Shown here piece after piece: positions 10,331 through 22,374 of a stretch of DNA of 64,000 bases. The DNA comes from Vulcanimicrobiota bacterium. GTDB lineage: Bacteria > Vulcanimicrobiota > Vulcanimicrobiia > Eremiobacterales > Eremiobacteraceae. A program made the position numbers and the translations under genes. The notes under the pieces are model-generated. The model was not told the origin of the DNA and did no database searches. It saw only the letters and a list, made by a program, of their open reading frames with translations. The number at the start of each line of letters is the position of its first letter. Positions within the stretch are counted from its first letter, which is position 1. The stretch lies in NCBI GenBank assembly GCA_963805945.1, contig CAWDVP010000006.1:128001-192000 (forward strand), written 5' to 3'.

Positions 10331-10477
10331 ATTGGGACACCCCCTTTGCGAATTTGCTCACGGCCACGTCGGCCGCTCGATTCCGGCCTCAGACACAGAA
10401 TGCGGGCCCTCGCCCGCACACTTCCCGTGGTTGTCAGCGTATTTCGACGCAGGCCGAAATCCGCCCTTGCAGGGGTC

Positions 10478-10554
10478 TGTAGGGGGTCGATCTTTAGATC
10501 GACCCTGTCCCGCCCGGCCCGTTGGGGGGGCCGACCTAAAGGTCGGCCCCTACA
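10478..10554. repeat. REP family B inverted doublet
   Basis: tgtagggggtcgatctttagatcgaccc and gggccgacctaaaggtcggcccctaca in inverted orientation. Confidence 0.9.
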
Positions 10555-10569
10555 ACAGCCGTCCCGAAA

Positions 10570-11010
10570 CTAGCCCGCCACAGCCTTGTGGAAGGCGTCC
10601 AGGTCCTCCAGGGTGTTCAGGGTGACCGCGTCCTTGACGTCTTCACGCTTGAGGCCGGTCTCCTTGCGGATCGCGGCGATGGTCTCCGCGCCGTGATGGT
10701 AGCCGCGCACGGCTTCGTTGTGCTTGCGGATCGTCTCCGGGTCGGTCTTGCCGTTTTTGACGACCCACTCTTCGAACTCGACGTAGGTCGGCTTGCTGGC
10801 CTTGATGTAGGCGATCGTCTTATCGCGATCCAGGCCGAGATCGGTCAGCGTGAGCTGATCGAAGCCGGTGCCGCACGCGTCGTACCCCTCGTGCAGTTTG
10901 CCCTGCGCGTCAAGGGTGAGCTTCGCCCACATCCGCGGGAGGTGGATCGCTCCGAGCGGTCCTGCCGTGCCGGAGCTCACCAGCGGGATATGGTGTCCGT
11001 TGCTTGCCAT
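10570..11010 (-). CDS. DUF5069-like protein
   Basis: GPLGAIHLPRMWAK..GY..CGTGFDQ..LGLD; ends TLNTLEDL. Confidence 0.7.
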   Translation of the reverse strand: MASNGHHIPLVSSGTAGPLGAIHLPRMWAKLTLDAQGKLHEGYDACGTGFDQLTLTDLGLDRDKTIAYIKASKPTYVEFEEWVVKNGKTDPETIRKHNEAVRGYHHGAETIAAIRKETGLKREDVKDAVTLNTLEDLDAFHKAVAG

Positions 11011-11024
11011 GACTTGTCTCTCTT

Positions 11025-11933
11025 TCATCGAGCGTCGCGCGCGTGGCGCGACAGAAACGTGAGTTCGGCGACGCCCGACTTGTCGAGTTCGCCGAGTCCG
11101 AGCTTGATCATCGTGTCGAACTGCTGTTTTGTCGCTTGCGCCAGCGGCAGCCGCAGGCCGGCCTGCTCCGCGAGCGCGAGCGCGATGCCGGAATCCTTCG
11201 CCGCATGCGCGGCCGAGAAATAGCAGTCGTGCTCTCGGCTCTGCATATCGGCGCCGTCGGTCTCGAGGACTCGCGAGTTGGCTCCGGTCTGGGCGAACAC
11301 CTCGCGCAGCATATCGAGATCGATGCCCAACGCGTCGCCCAGCCCGAGGCCCTCGGCCAAGCCCGCTGTGTTGATGTTCATGACCATGTTCACCAGCGCC
11401 TTGACCTGTGCTGCCGAGCCCGCCGGACCGATGTAGCGCAGCGATGAGCTCATCTTCTCCAGCATGGGCTTGGCGCGCTCGAAGGCCTCGCGCGTGCCGC
11501 CGCACATGAGATAGAGCGTCCCCGCGCGCGCCTGCGGTATCGAACTCGCCATGCATGCTTCAAGCGACGCCGCACCTGCGCCGCCCGCGAGCCGTTCGAC
11601 GTCGACGTGCACTTGGGGCGACACGGTCGCGCAGTTGACGAAGAGCTTGCCGCGCGCGCCCGCGAGCAGGCTGTCGTCGCCGCTTGCGAAGATCTCGCGC
11701 ATGCCGCGGTCGTCGCTCACCACGGTGACGATGGTATCCGCGTGCTCCGTCACAGACGCGAGCGACGGCGCGGCGAGCGCGCCCAGTTCCCCGGCGACCT
11801 CGGCGCTCACCGCGGGCTGCGCGTCGAACACCGCCGTGACCTCATAGCCGGACTCCGCCAAACGCCGGGCGATGTTGGCGCCCATGCGACCTGCGCCGAC
11901 GATCCCGACCTTCGGTCTTGTATCTTCGCTCAT
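11025..11933 (-). CDS. NAD(P)-dependent oxidoreductase, 3-hydroxyisobutyrate dehydrogenase family
   Basis: GAGRMG Rossmann motif; VKALVNMV; AAKD. Confidence 0.9.
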   Translation of the reverse strand: MSEDTRPKVGIVGAGRMGANIARRLAESGYEVTAVFDAQPAVSAEVAGELGALAAPSLASVTEHADTIVTVVSDDRGMREIFASGDDSLLAGARGKLFVNCATVSPQVHVDVERLAGGAGAASLEACMASSIPQARAGTLYLMCGGTREAFERAKPMLEKMSSSLRYIGPAGSAAQVKALVNMVMNINTAGLAEGLGLGDALGIDLDMLREVFAQTGANSRVLETDGADMQSREHDCYFSAAHAAKDSGIALALAEQAGLRLPLAQATKQQFDTMIKLGLGELDKSGVAELTFLSRHARDAR

Positions 11934-12520
11934 GCTTTGGCTCCGTTGTTCCGAGGATCGCGCAGCCACTCGAGGATCGCTGGGGCGTCTGCATCGGAGG
12001 GGAACACGGGATACGCGACATGCTCGATCACGCCGTCACGCACGACCATGCTCAGACGCTTGATGAGCGTCTCCCCGTTGAAATCGAACGTGGGCAGCCG
12101 GAGGGCGCGCGTGAGCGCCCGCTCATGGTCGCTCAGCACTTCGTACGGCAGCTGCAGCCGCTCCGCCATCTCGCGCTGATACTCTGGGGTCTGCGTCGAG
12201 AGCCCGTATACGGCGGCGCCGAGCGATTCGAACGCCGCGCTGCGATCGCGATACGCGCAATTCTGCGGCGTGCAACCGCGCGCGCCGGGGATGGCATCCC
12301 AGCCGTCCGGTATCGGCTGATCCGGCCTGCCCGTGCGCGGATAGCAATAGATGACGAGCAGCCGGCTTGGTTCGTGCGAAAGATCTACTTCACGGCCGCG
12401 TGTGGATGTCAGCGCGATCGAAGGCAAGCGCATGCCGTTGAGATGATCGGCCGCGCCGTCGTCTATGGGCACGGGCAGATCGGCGGGCACGGTGAGCAGG
12501 TCTTTTTCGCGGTCGCTCAT
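11930..12520 (-). CDS. peroxiredoxin (BCP/AhpC-TSA family)
   Basis: YCYPRTG..WDAIPGARGCTPQ..GLSTQ..YPVFP. Confidence 0.9.
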   Translation of the reverse strand: MSDREKDLLTVPADLPVPIDDGAADHLNGMRLPSIALTSTRGREVDLSHEPSRLLVIYCYPRTGRPDQPIPDGWDAIPGARGCTPQNCAYRDRSAAFESLGAAVYGLSTQTPEYQREMAERLQLPYEVLSDHERALTRALRLPTFDFNGETLIKRLSMVVRDGVIEHVAYPVFPSDADAPAILEWLRDPRNNGAKA

Positions 12521-12546
12521 GGCTTGCAGTCCTTCGCGCGTTGCGA

Positions 12547-12572
12547 CGGTCGAATAGATTCGACCGCTCCAT
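12547..12572 (-). repeat. REP family A copy (intergenic)
   Basis: Minus strand atggagcggtcgaatctattcgaccg. Confidence 0.85.
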
Positions 12573-12580
12573 ACGTTACA

Positions 12581-12934
12581 TTAGCCCGGGGGCCAGGCGA
12601 AGTGGCGCCCGGAGATCACGTGCACGTGCAAGTGATATACGGTCTGCCCTGCCGCGGCACCGTTGTTGACCACCACGCGATAGCCGCCGTCCTGCTCGGC
12701 GCGCGCGGCGCCGAGATCTCCCGCAACCTTCATCAGGCGCCCGAGCAGCGCTTCGCCGCCATCCGCGTCCACCGTGTCGACCAGCGTCGCGTGGTGCTCG
12801 CGGGGCACGACGAGCAGATGCGTGGGCGCGATCGGCCGGATGTCGGCGAACGCGACGACCGCATCGTCGCTATAGACGAATTCCGTCGGGATCTTGCCGG
12901 CGATGATATCGCAGAAGACGCAGCCGTCGGCCAT
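12581..12934 (-). CDS. histidine triad (HIT) nucleotide-binding protein
   Basis: CVFC, DIRPIAPTH, GQTVYHLHVHVISGR..WPPG. Confidence 0.95.
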   Translation of the reverse strand: MADGCVFCDIIAGKIPTEFVYSDDAVVAFADIRPIAPTHLLVVPREHHATLVDTVDADGGEALLGRLMKVAGDLGAARAEQDGGYRVVVNNGAAAGQTVYHLHVHVISGRHFAWPPG

Positions 12935-12944
12935 GTCTCAGCCG

Positions 12945-14538
12945 CTACTTCGCAAGCGTCAATTCCTGGAACAGCTCGGCGCTGTCGGGATGCGGCACGA
13001 AACCCTCCACCCGCTTGTTGAACGCGATCGGCGGACTGGTGTGCACGAGCGGCACGCACGGCGCTTGATCGTGCACCAGCTGCAACGCCTGATCGTAGAT
13101 CTGCGTCCGCTTGGCCTTGTCGGTGACGACCTGTGCCTCGGTTGACAGCGTGTGGAAGCGCTCGTCCTTCCAGAAGCAGACGTTCTGCGCGCCGGGAGTG
13201 TTGGCGCCGTCTTTGTCCAGCAGCACGTAGAGGAAGTTGTCGGGGTCCCCGTTGTCGCCCGTCCAGCCGAAGAGCGCCATGCTCGCCTCGGCGTTCTGGA
13301 CGCGCTGGAGATACACGCCCCACTCGAAGCCTTCGAGCTTCGCGTTGATCCCAACGGCTTTCAGGTCCGCTTGGATGGCCTCTGCGACGCGCTGCGGCTG
13401 CGGCAGATACGGCCGTGGCACCGTCATATACCACAGCGAGGTCGAGAAGCCGTTGGCGAAACCCGCCTTCGCGAGCAGCTTGCGCGCATCCGCCGGATCG
13501 TACGGATACGCGACCGTGACCCCGTGCGGCCAGATCGCCGCGGGCAAGAACTCATTCGCCTGTTGCGCCGCGGGGTCGTAGAAGTTCTTCACGATCGACT
13601 TCGCGTCGATCGCCTCGTTGATGGCGCGTCGCACCAGCACGTTGTTAAACGGCGGCTTCATGTTGTTCATCGCCAGATACATGATGTTGTTCGGCGGCAT
13701 ATGATACAGCTTGAGGTTGGGGTCTTTCTCGATCGTCGGCAGATCATTGGGCTGCGGGTATTCCCAGCCATCGATCTCGCCCTTCTGCAGCGCGATGAGG
13801 CTCGTCGCCGCATCGGGGATATCGCGTATGATGACCGTGTGGATCTGCGGCTTGGGCGCCCCAGTAGCCGTCAAAGGCCTTGAGCGTGATGTGGTCGTCC
13901 TTCACCCACTCGGTCACCTGATACGGTCCCGTGCCGACGGGCTCGCGGAAATAGTCTTCACCTTTGGCTTTCATCGCGGCGGGCGAGGAGATCGAGAACG
14001 TCGGCATCGCGAGGTTCGCGAGCATCGGCGCGACCGGTTTCGTGAGGACGATCTGCACCTTGTCCGGCGCGAGCACCCGGACGTCGGCGATCACGCCGGG
14101 GAAACCGCCGAACTGGCTCTCGTAATACGAATAGTCGCCTTTGAGCGCGACGTGCAGCGGATCGTTCTTCAGGCGCCAGCGGTCGAAATTCGTCTTCACT
14201 GCGGCAGCGTCGAAGTCGGTGCCGTCCTGGAACTTGACGCCCTTGCGCAGCATGAACGTCCATATCTTGCCGTCCGGCGACACCGTCCAGGACGTGGCCA
14301 GCGAGGGCTGGATGTCAAACGATGCGGGCGCGTAGCGCGTGAGCCCTTCCATGGTGACGCGCGCGATGTTGAGCGACATGCCGTCGGTCACCACCGCCGG
14401 GTCAAGCCGCACTGCGTCCTTGTTGCGCCCGAACACCAGCGTGTCGCCTGAATTCTGATTCCCTCCGCCGCCGCAGCCTGCGAGGAGCACGGCCGCGAAA
14501 GCCAACGCCGCAATGACGCGATGCGCGCGAAGGATCAT
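12945..14538 (-). CDS. ABC transporter peptide-binding lipoprotein (family 5, DppA-like); one frameshift near 13860
   Basis: Lipobox LAGC, LRKGVKFQDG, PVGTGPY; continues in another frame (PKPQIHTV.., VRRAINEAID). Confidence 0.85.
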
Positions 14539-14549
14539 GTCTGTCTGCC

Positions 14550-16070
14550 TCACTTGCTGGAGATGACGAAGGTCCATTGGAAGTCGAGCGTATTGCCGGC
14601 GACGTCGGCACCTTTCACCTGCACGCCGATGGTGCCCTCGTGCAGGTCCGCGGCCGGGAAGTATGAGATGAACGCGGCGGTCTTGGTCGCCTGCGCGGTG
14701 ACGTCTCTGCCGTCGACGATCAGCTGCAGCGTCGCCGGGTCCATGCCCTTGCCGCCGAGCGTCGAGAAGGTCACATAGATGCTCGGCCGCGCGGCGTTGA
14801 CGCGCGCGCCGGGACCGGGCGCCGTCTCTTTCACCTGCGGCGCATCGGTGATGATGGTGAGCGGGTCCGGCCCGACCGCATGCACGGTCTCGCCGCCCTT
14901 CGCCAGGTTGACGAGGATCGGCGCGTCGACGAGATTCGTGCCGACCTGCACGACGTACGAACCTTGATAGTGGCCGCTGCGCACCTCGCGCATCGGCGTG
15001 CCGTTGACCACATTGCTGAGATCGAAGGTCATCGTGCCGCCGGGGGTGCCGTCGGCTTCGACGTCGACGCTCTGGCCCAGACGATATGGATGGCGCGCGT
15101 TATCGGTGACGTCGCTGATCTGCAGGCCCGCGCTCGTCGCCGCGCCGGGCGGCGCCGTCGACGTCACCACCTCGCTCGCGCGGCCTGGCGTGAAGGCGAC
15201 GATCTCGCGCACCTTGCCCGTCTTGGGGTCGGCGCGCACGGTCACGATATTGCCCGCGCGCAGGTCCGCCATCGTCGCCGCTTTCCCGTCGAGCGAGACC
15301 GTCGTGCTGCGCTCGTCGGCGGCGATCACTTTGCCGTTGGTGAGCACCATGCTCTGCCCGGCCACGCTGGCGATCGTGCCGCTCGTGCCGGAGAAGATGT
15401 CCGCCACTGAGAGCACGCGGCCTTGCGCATCGAGCGTCGCGATGAGCGTGTCGCCCGGCTTCACCGCGGCGAGCGTGCCGTCGCCGGCGACGGTGCCGTG
15501 CGTGTCGCGGAACTGCACTTTGGTGTTGGCCGGCACGGTGACCGTGTACGTGAGGCCGCTGACGCTGATGTCGACCGACGGCACGTCCGCCGCGGCCGCC
15601 ACGCTGATGACCGTACCCTCGAGCGCGTTCGCCGAGCGTATCGGGGGCGGCGTCGGCATACCGTGCAGGTCGCCGCCGCCATGCAGCACGATCGTGGTCG
15701 CATGCGTCGCGGCGTCGTACGAGAGCTTGGCGCCGAGCGCATCGCTCAGACCGCGCAACGGCAGCATCACCGCGCCGTTCACCTGCCGCGCGGGCGCCTC
15801 GATCTTCTTCGTCTCGCCGTTGACCGTGACCGTCGGATCGTCGATGCGGAACACCATCTGCCGGAGCACGGTGGTCATGGTAACCTGCTTCGTCTTGGGG
15901 TCGTAGCGCACGTCGGCGCCGATAGCCGAGGCGACGGTGCGTAGGTCCACATACGTTCGGCCGGCCAACTCCACCACCGCCGCCGGCGGCAGGCTCGCGC
16001 CGTTGATGACGATCGTGTCGGCGGCACCAAGCGCTTGCAACGACACGAGGAGCACCAACGCGAGGACCAT
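14550..16070 (-). CDS. secreted protein with copper amine oxidase N-terminal (stalk) domain and Ig-like domains
   Basis: Signal peptide; GRTYVDLR..GADVRYD and VMLPLRGLSDALGA; C-terminal D.AGN beta-sandwich. Confidence 0.8.
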   Translation of the reverse strand: MVLALVLLVSLQALGAADTIVINGASLPPAAVVELAGRTYVDLRTVASAIGADVRYDPKTKQVTMTTVLRQMVFRIDDPTVTVNGETKKIEAPARQVNGAVMLPLRGLSDALGAKLSYDAATHATTIVLHGGGDLHGMPTPPPIRSANALEGTVISVAAAADVPSVDISVSGLTYTVTVPANTKVQFRDTHGTVAGDGTLAAVKPGDTLIATLDAQGRVLSVADIFSGTSGTIASVAGQSMVLTNGKVIAADERSTTVSLDGKAATMADLRAGNIVTVRADPKTGKVREIVAFTPGRASEVVTSTAPPGAATSAGLQISDVTDNARHPYRLGQSVDVEADGTPGGTMTFDLSNVVNGTPMREVRSGHYQGSYVVQVGTNLVDAPILVNLAKGGETVHAVGPDPLTIITDAPQVKETAPGPGARVNAARPSIYVTFSTLGGKGMDPATLQLIVDGRDVTAQATKTAAFISYFPAADLHEGTIGVQVKGADVAGNTLDFQWTFVISSK

Positions 16071-16096
16071 GTGGGGGCCGATCTTTAGATCGGCCC
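16070..16096 (+). repeat. REP family B copy
   Basis: tgtgggggccgatctttagatcggccc, abutting the start codon of the 14550-16070 gene. Confidence 0.85.
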
Positions 16097-16111
16097 TCAA
16101 CCACCCGGATC

Positions 16112-17210
16112 TCACAGACATTCTCTGTACACCGCCGCCGTGCGCCGGGCCGTCTCATCCCAGGAGAACGCCGCGGCGCGAGCACGCCCGCGGACGCGCA
16201 GCTCGTCGATCGCTGCGCCGCCGGCGAGGGCCGCCTCCATCGATGCGGCGAGCGCAGCGGCATCCCGCGGCGCGAACGTCAGCGCGGCGTCGCCCGCGAC
16301 CTCGAGCAACGCAGGCGTCTGCGCGACGATGACGGCCGCACCCGCGGCCATACCCTCAAGTACCGCCAAACCAAATCCTTCATACAACGATGGCTGCACG
16401 GTCGCAGCGCATCCCGCATAGAGCGCGACGAGCTCATCATCCGACACGCGACCGACTCGTACGATTCTGCCGCCGCTTTTGCCGTACCTATCCAAATCGA
16501 ATGAGAACGGATACTCTTCCGTCAGCACGAGATCGGCGGGCTGCCCGAGGCGCTGCCAAGCGGCCGTAAGCGTCTCCAGGTTCTTATGCTCCCGGTGATT
16601 GCCCGCGTAGAGCACGTACGGCCCGGCCAAGCCGAAGCGCTGCCGTGCCAGAGGCGCGAGCTCCTGGCGCTGTGCGTCGCTCAGCGTGAAGCGCTCGCCG
16701 ACCCCGAGGGGCACCACGCGCGCCATCGCGGGCGCGACCCCCAAGAAACGCTCGAGATCGGGCAGCGTCGCCTGCGCGTCGGTGATCACCGCGCACGCGC
16801 CCCGGGCGACCGGACCGGCCACAAAGCGGTAGTACGGCTGCACCTTCCATTTGAAGTAGTGCGGAAAGCGGCGGTGGATCAAGTCGTGGATGGTGTAGAC
16901 GTATGGCTTCGGGGTGGCGCGCGGCGCGTACACCGACATCAGATGGATCAGCGAGCGGCCGGTTTGCAGTCCGGCGAATTTGCGCGCTAAGCCGAACTGC
17001 TCGCCGAACGACCCGTTCGCGGCTTGCCGCTCCGGCACGGTGACCATGGCGCCGGCGCCGGCACCTCAAGGCAGCGGCGTTCGTGACGACGGTATAGTCG
17101 AATTCCGGCGCGACTGCGGGCAAGCGCCGCACGAACTCGCGCACGTAGGCGATCATGCCGACCGACATCTGACGCGTGATCCTCGCGTCCAGGATGATAC
17201 GCGGCTGCAT
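16112..17210 (-). CDS. glycosyltransferase family 4; frameshift near 17065
   Basis: IILDAR..GMIAY in one frame; TIHDL, HKN, PSLYEGFGLAVLEGMAAG in another. Confidence 0.85.
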
Positions 17211-17980
17211 CAGGCACCGCCGCCGGCGTCGCGCGCCGCATCGCTTTCGCCGCCACCGCGACAGGATACAACGAGCTGCACCATGCGATGTAGACGCCGC
17301 GCCACCCGTCGAGGATCGCGCCGCGTCCGAGCAGCAGCCAGGCGAACCGCAGCGGAAAGATGGTCGATGTCCAGATCAGCCGCAACGGGTCTGCGGGCGA
17401 AGCAGAGGCTTCGAGATCCGTGTAGCGCGCGAACTTCGTCCCGGTATTCCGCGAGGCTCTCGTATGAATGGTGCTCGAGCGGCGACGCGAGCTCTCCGCA
17501 CGCGCCGTCGGGCACCCATGTCTCATGCACCGCCGCATCGCCGCCATGGCGCGCGGCGAGCGTCGCGTGGCCCGTCCGGAACAAGCGCACGAGCCGATCG
17601 GGCCACCAGCCCGCGCCGCGGATCCAATTGCCGCAGAAATAGTTGCGGCGGGGCACCGAATATGCCGCCGTCTGCGACGTCACGTCCAGCGACGTCAGCT
17701 CGAGTGAAAGCTCGGGTGTGATGAGTTCGTCCGCGTCGAGCATGAACGTCCAGGGCGTCGTCACCAGCGCCGCCGCGTCGAGCCGGCTCTGCGCGAAGCC
17801 TCGCCACGGCGCGTCGACGACACGTGCGCCCGCGTCGCGCGCGAGATCGGCGGTGCCGTCCGCCGATTGGGAATCGCACACCAGCGCGTTGCTGCCGGAC
17901 GGCAGCGACGCGAGACACCCTGTGATGCGCGGCGCCTCGTCCTTGGTGAGCACGACGAACGTGATATCTGAGGGATTCAC
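17210..17980 (-). CDS. glycosyltransferase family 2; frameshift(s) near 17435
   Basis: TKDEA, DSQSADGT, LDADE, GWWPD, VHE; the C-terminus (ILDGWRG) lies in another frame. Confidence 0.85.
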   Translation of the reverse strand: MNPSDITFVVLTKDEAPRITGCLASLPSGSNALVCDSQSADGTADLARDAGARVVDAPWRGFAQSRLDAAALVTTPWTFMLDADELITPELSLELTSLDVTSQTAAYSVPRRNYFCGNWIRGAGWWPDRLVRLFRTGHATLAARHGGDAAVHETWVPDGACGELASPLEHHSYESLAEYRDEVRALHGSRSLCFARRPVAADLDIDHLSAAVRLAAARTRRDPRRVARRLHRMVQLVVSCRGGGESDAARDAGGGA

Positions 17981-17993
17981 ATCATCCGATCCC

Positions 17994-18010
17994 TGGAGCG
18001 GTCGAATTCA
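17994..18010 (+). repeat. REP family A half copy overlapping a stop codon
   Basis: tggagcggtcgaattca; its reverse-complement TGA terminates the 18008-18721 ORF. Confidence 0.7.
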
Positions 18011-18721
18011 AAAGCAAACGAGGCCAGTCGGATACCAGGGTTGCGGAGGAGGACCTTCTCTTATGCGCCAGGCGATGCTGTGCCGCGCAGCCACAAGATC
18101 AGCGAAACCGAAAACCATCATCTTCGGCTCATACCCACCGATCGGCATGACCGTCTGTGTGTCCTTGTCATCCACCCGCACTTCGAGGCTCAGTCTATTT
18201 CCATTAGAGACCGCGTAGCGAGTTCCGAAGTCGAACTCGTCGACATCGAGGGCGAGCATGACCCTGTTGCGAAAGATCGCGATTTGACGAAGCGTCGCTA
18301 CCTGCCCGATATCAGTGATCGTGACGACCCGCTCGCCACAGGATGCGGCATCAAGAGAAATGCCCCCGACTGCGGGCTCGTTCCAGAGCGAGCATCGCAC
18401 GTTCTTGTAGTCTTGGTTCACCTCTCGCGGAATCAGACTTTCCGTCTCGACCTCGAGCATGGGCGTCTCTGAGAAGGGGAAGACGTATTCGCGCGCGACG
18501 ATGTTCCCCGAGCTGTCGGAGAAGGCGAACTCGACCACCGGCAGACCGTGGACCGCTGCGGTTCCGGGCTTGGCTAGAAGCAGACCATGCCAAAATCGGC
18601 AGTAAAAACCAGAACGGATCATTGTCTGAGCCGGAGAATCAGCCGCAATCGCGACCTGTGCCTGGGTAACGAGCAAGGCGAGGACGATGACCGCTACTAT
18701 CGAGGGATGAATCGTTCTCAT
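18008..18721 (-). CDS. secreted hypothetical protein
   Basis: Signal peptide MRTIHPSIVAVIVLALLVTQAQVA; visibly less GC-rich than its neighbours. Confidence 0.7.
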   Translation of the reverse strand: MRTIHPSIVAVIVLALLVTQAQVAIAADSPAQTMIRSGFYCRFWHGLLLAKPGTAAVHGLPVVEFAFSDSSGNIVAREYVFPFSETPMLEVETESLIPREVNQDYKNVRCSLWNEPAVGGISLDAASCGERVVTITDIGQVATLRQIAIFRNRVMLALDVDEFDFGTRYAVSNGNRLSLEVRVDDKDTQTVMPIGGYEPKMMVFGFADLVAARHSIAWRIREGPPPQPWYPTGLVCF

Positions 18722-18765
18722 CAGCCGAATCCGAGCAGGGGATCCTGCTCCGATGCCGTCTTGCG

Positions 18766-20454
<1,689 letters not shown>

Positions 20455-20550
20455 CTAGGAGTGCTGAGCGTGGGGGCGGCGCTGCTGCGCGTCGCCAGCG
20501 GCGATGCGGTCCGGCTGGAAACGGCTTTCCGGACGCACGTCATGTACTTG

Positions 20551-21492
20551 TCAATTCGTCTGCCCCGGTGGAACTCCTGCCGCAGCGCCCTCGGCCAGCC
20601 AATCGCGCGGCTGGAAGAACGCGAGCGCTTTCGCCTCGCGGCTGCCCGGCTGCGGCTGCCAGCTGTATTCCCAGCGCGCGATGGGCGGCAGCGACATGAG
20701 GATCGATTCGGTGCGGCCCTGCGTGGCGAGCCCGAACGCGGTGCCGCGGTCGTAGACGAGATTGAACTCGACGTAGCGGCCGCGCCGCAGTTGCTGGAAG
20801 CGCCGTTCCGGCTCGCCGAAGGGCTCCGCGCGGCGCCGCTGCGCGATCGGTGCGTATGCCGGCATGAACGCGTCGCCGCACTCGCGCACGAAGGCGAAAG
20901 TCGCGTCCAGATCGCCGCTGAGATCGTCGAAGAAGATGCCGCCGATGCCGCGTGCCTCGCGGCGATGCGGCAAGAAGAAATAGTCGTCGCACCAGCGCTT
21001 GAAGCGCGGGTAATACGATGAGTCGTGCCGATCGCAGACCTGCTTCCAGGTGGCATGGAAATGGCGCGCGTCCTCTTCGTACGGATACACGGGCGTGAGA
21101 TCCGAACCGCCGCCGAACCACGCGCCTGCGCCGCGCTCGAGATAGCGGAAGTTGGCGTGTACGGTGGGCACGAACGGGTTGCGCGGGTGGAGGACCACCG
21201 AACAGCCGGTGGCGACGAAGCGTCGCTCGGTGCCGCCGAGCCGTGACAGCGCGTGATCGTCGAAGTCGCCCCACACCGCCGACCAGTTCACGCCGCCTTT
21301 TTCGAAGAGATCGCCGTCCGCGATGACCGCACTATGTCCGCCGCCGCCTCCCGGACGATCCCATGCGTCGAACGTGAAGCGCGCCGCGCCGTCGAGCTCG
21401 GCGAGCTCTTCGCATAGGCGCGATTGGAGCGCGCGGAAGTTCGCCTGCACGCGCAGGCAGAAATCGCTGCCGCGACCGTCGCTCTCGCTCAT
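20551..21492 (-). CDS. hemF: oxygen-dependent coproporphyrinogen III oxidase
   Basis: FEKGGVN, HPRNPFVPTVHANFRY, GGGSDLTP, RRGRYVEFNLVYDRGT. Confidence 0.97.
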   Translation of the reverse strand: MSESDGRGSDFCLRVQANFRALQSRLCEELAELDGAARFTFDAWDRPGGGGGHSAVIADGDLFEKGGVNWSAVWGDFDDHALSRLGGTERRFVATGCSVVLHPRNPFVPTVHANFRYLERGAGAWFGGGSDLTPVYPYEEDARHFHATWKQVCDRHDSSYYPRFKRWCDDYFFLPHRREARGIGGIFFDDLSGDLDATFAFVRECGDAFMPAYAPIAQRRRAEPFGEPERRFQQLRRGRYVEFNLVYDRGTAFGLATQGRTESILMSLPPIARWEYSWQPQPGSREAKALAFFQPRDWLAEGAAAGVPPGQTN

Positions 21493-22343
21493 GCCACGAT
21501 CACCATGCGTTCGAGGCCGGCTATGTCGTGCCGTATCTCGATGGAACGCTGTGGAAACGCTGCGCGCGCGATCGCTGCGAGGCCCGCTGCGTTTTTCGGC
21601 CCGCACTCGCAATAGATGCGGCCCGCGTCGCGCAAATGCGCCGGCGCAGTTGCGAACATGCGCCCGTATACTTCAAGCCCGTCGGCACCCGCGAAGAGCG
21701 CCTGCGCAGGCTCGTGCGCGCGGACGTCCGCGTGCAGCGCGGGATCCTCATCGCCGACGTACGGCAGGTTGGCGACGATGACGTCATACCGCTGCGCCGC
21801 CGGCACGGCGTCGAACAGATCCCCTGCGCGCAGACGTATCCTGTCGACGAGGCACAAAGCACCGATGTTCGCTCCCGCGACCTCGAGCGCCGCCGCGCTT
21901 GCGTCCGTCGCGGTGATGCTTGCGTCCGGCAACAGCTGCGCCAGCGCGCAGGCGATCGCACCGCTGCCCGTGCCGAGTTCGAGGATCTCCGGCGACGCGT
22001 GCCGCCAGTCGGCGGCGACCGCCGCGACGAGTTCTTCTGTTTCGGGGCGCGGCACCAGCACGCGGCGGTCCACCGCGATGCGGTTGCCGCAGAATTCCTT
22101 GAAGCCCACGAGATAAGCGACGGGCTCGCCTTGCGCGCGGCGCTCGGCGAGCGCGAACAGCTTCTCACGCCGCGCCGGCGCAAGCCGGTTGTCGCCATAC
22201 GCGACGATCGCCGACGCGTCCAATCCGGTGACGTGACTTGCCAAGATGCGCGCGTCGAGCCACGGCGTGTCCGAGATCCCGACGAGCCGGAGCCGGCACG
22301 TCTCCACCGCCCCCGCGATAGAGTCCGTAGCGGTCGAATTCAT
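21489..22343 (-). CDS. prmC: release factor glutamine methyltransferase PrmC
   Basis: GEPVAYL, VLVPRPETE, ELGTGSG, ANLPY; 284 aa from an ATG inside a REP. Confidence 0.93.
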   Translation of the reverse strand: MNSTATDSIAGAVETCRLRLVGISDTPWLDARILASHVTGLDASAIVAYGDNRLAPARREKLFALAERRAQGEPVAYLVGFKEFCGNRIAVDRRVLVPRPETEELVAAVAADWRHASPEILELGTGSGAIACALAQLLPDASITATDASAAALEVAGANIGALCLVDRIRLRAGDLFDAVPAAQRYDVIVANLPYVGDEDPALHADVRAHEPAQALFAGADGLEVYGRMFATAPAHLRDAGRIYCECGPKNAAGLAAIARAAFPQRSIEIRHDIAGLERMVIVA

Positions 22344-22350
22344 TCGACCG
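22327..22350 (+). repeat. REP family A copy overlapping the prmC start
   Basis: gtagcggtcgaattcattcgaccg. Confidence 0.85.
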
Positions 22351-22374
22351 TACCCTTTCGCACGAAAGTCGGGG

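Noticed and set aside
13850..13875. Frameshift in the DppA-like gene as programmed recoding
   Set aside because: No slippery heptamer. Similar single indels occur in GT4 (~17065), GT2 (~17435) and rapZ (~45500), which points to sequencing error.
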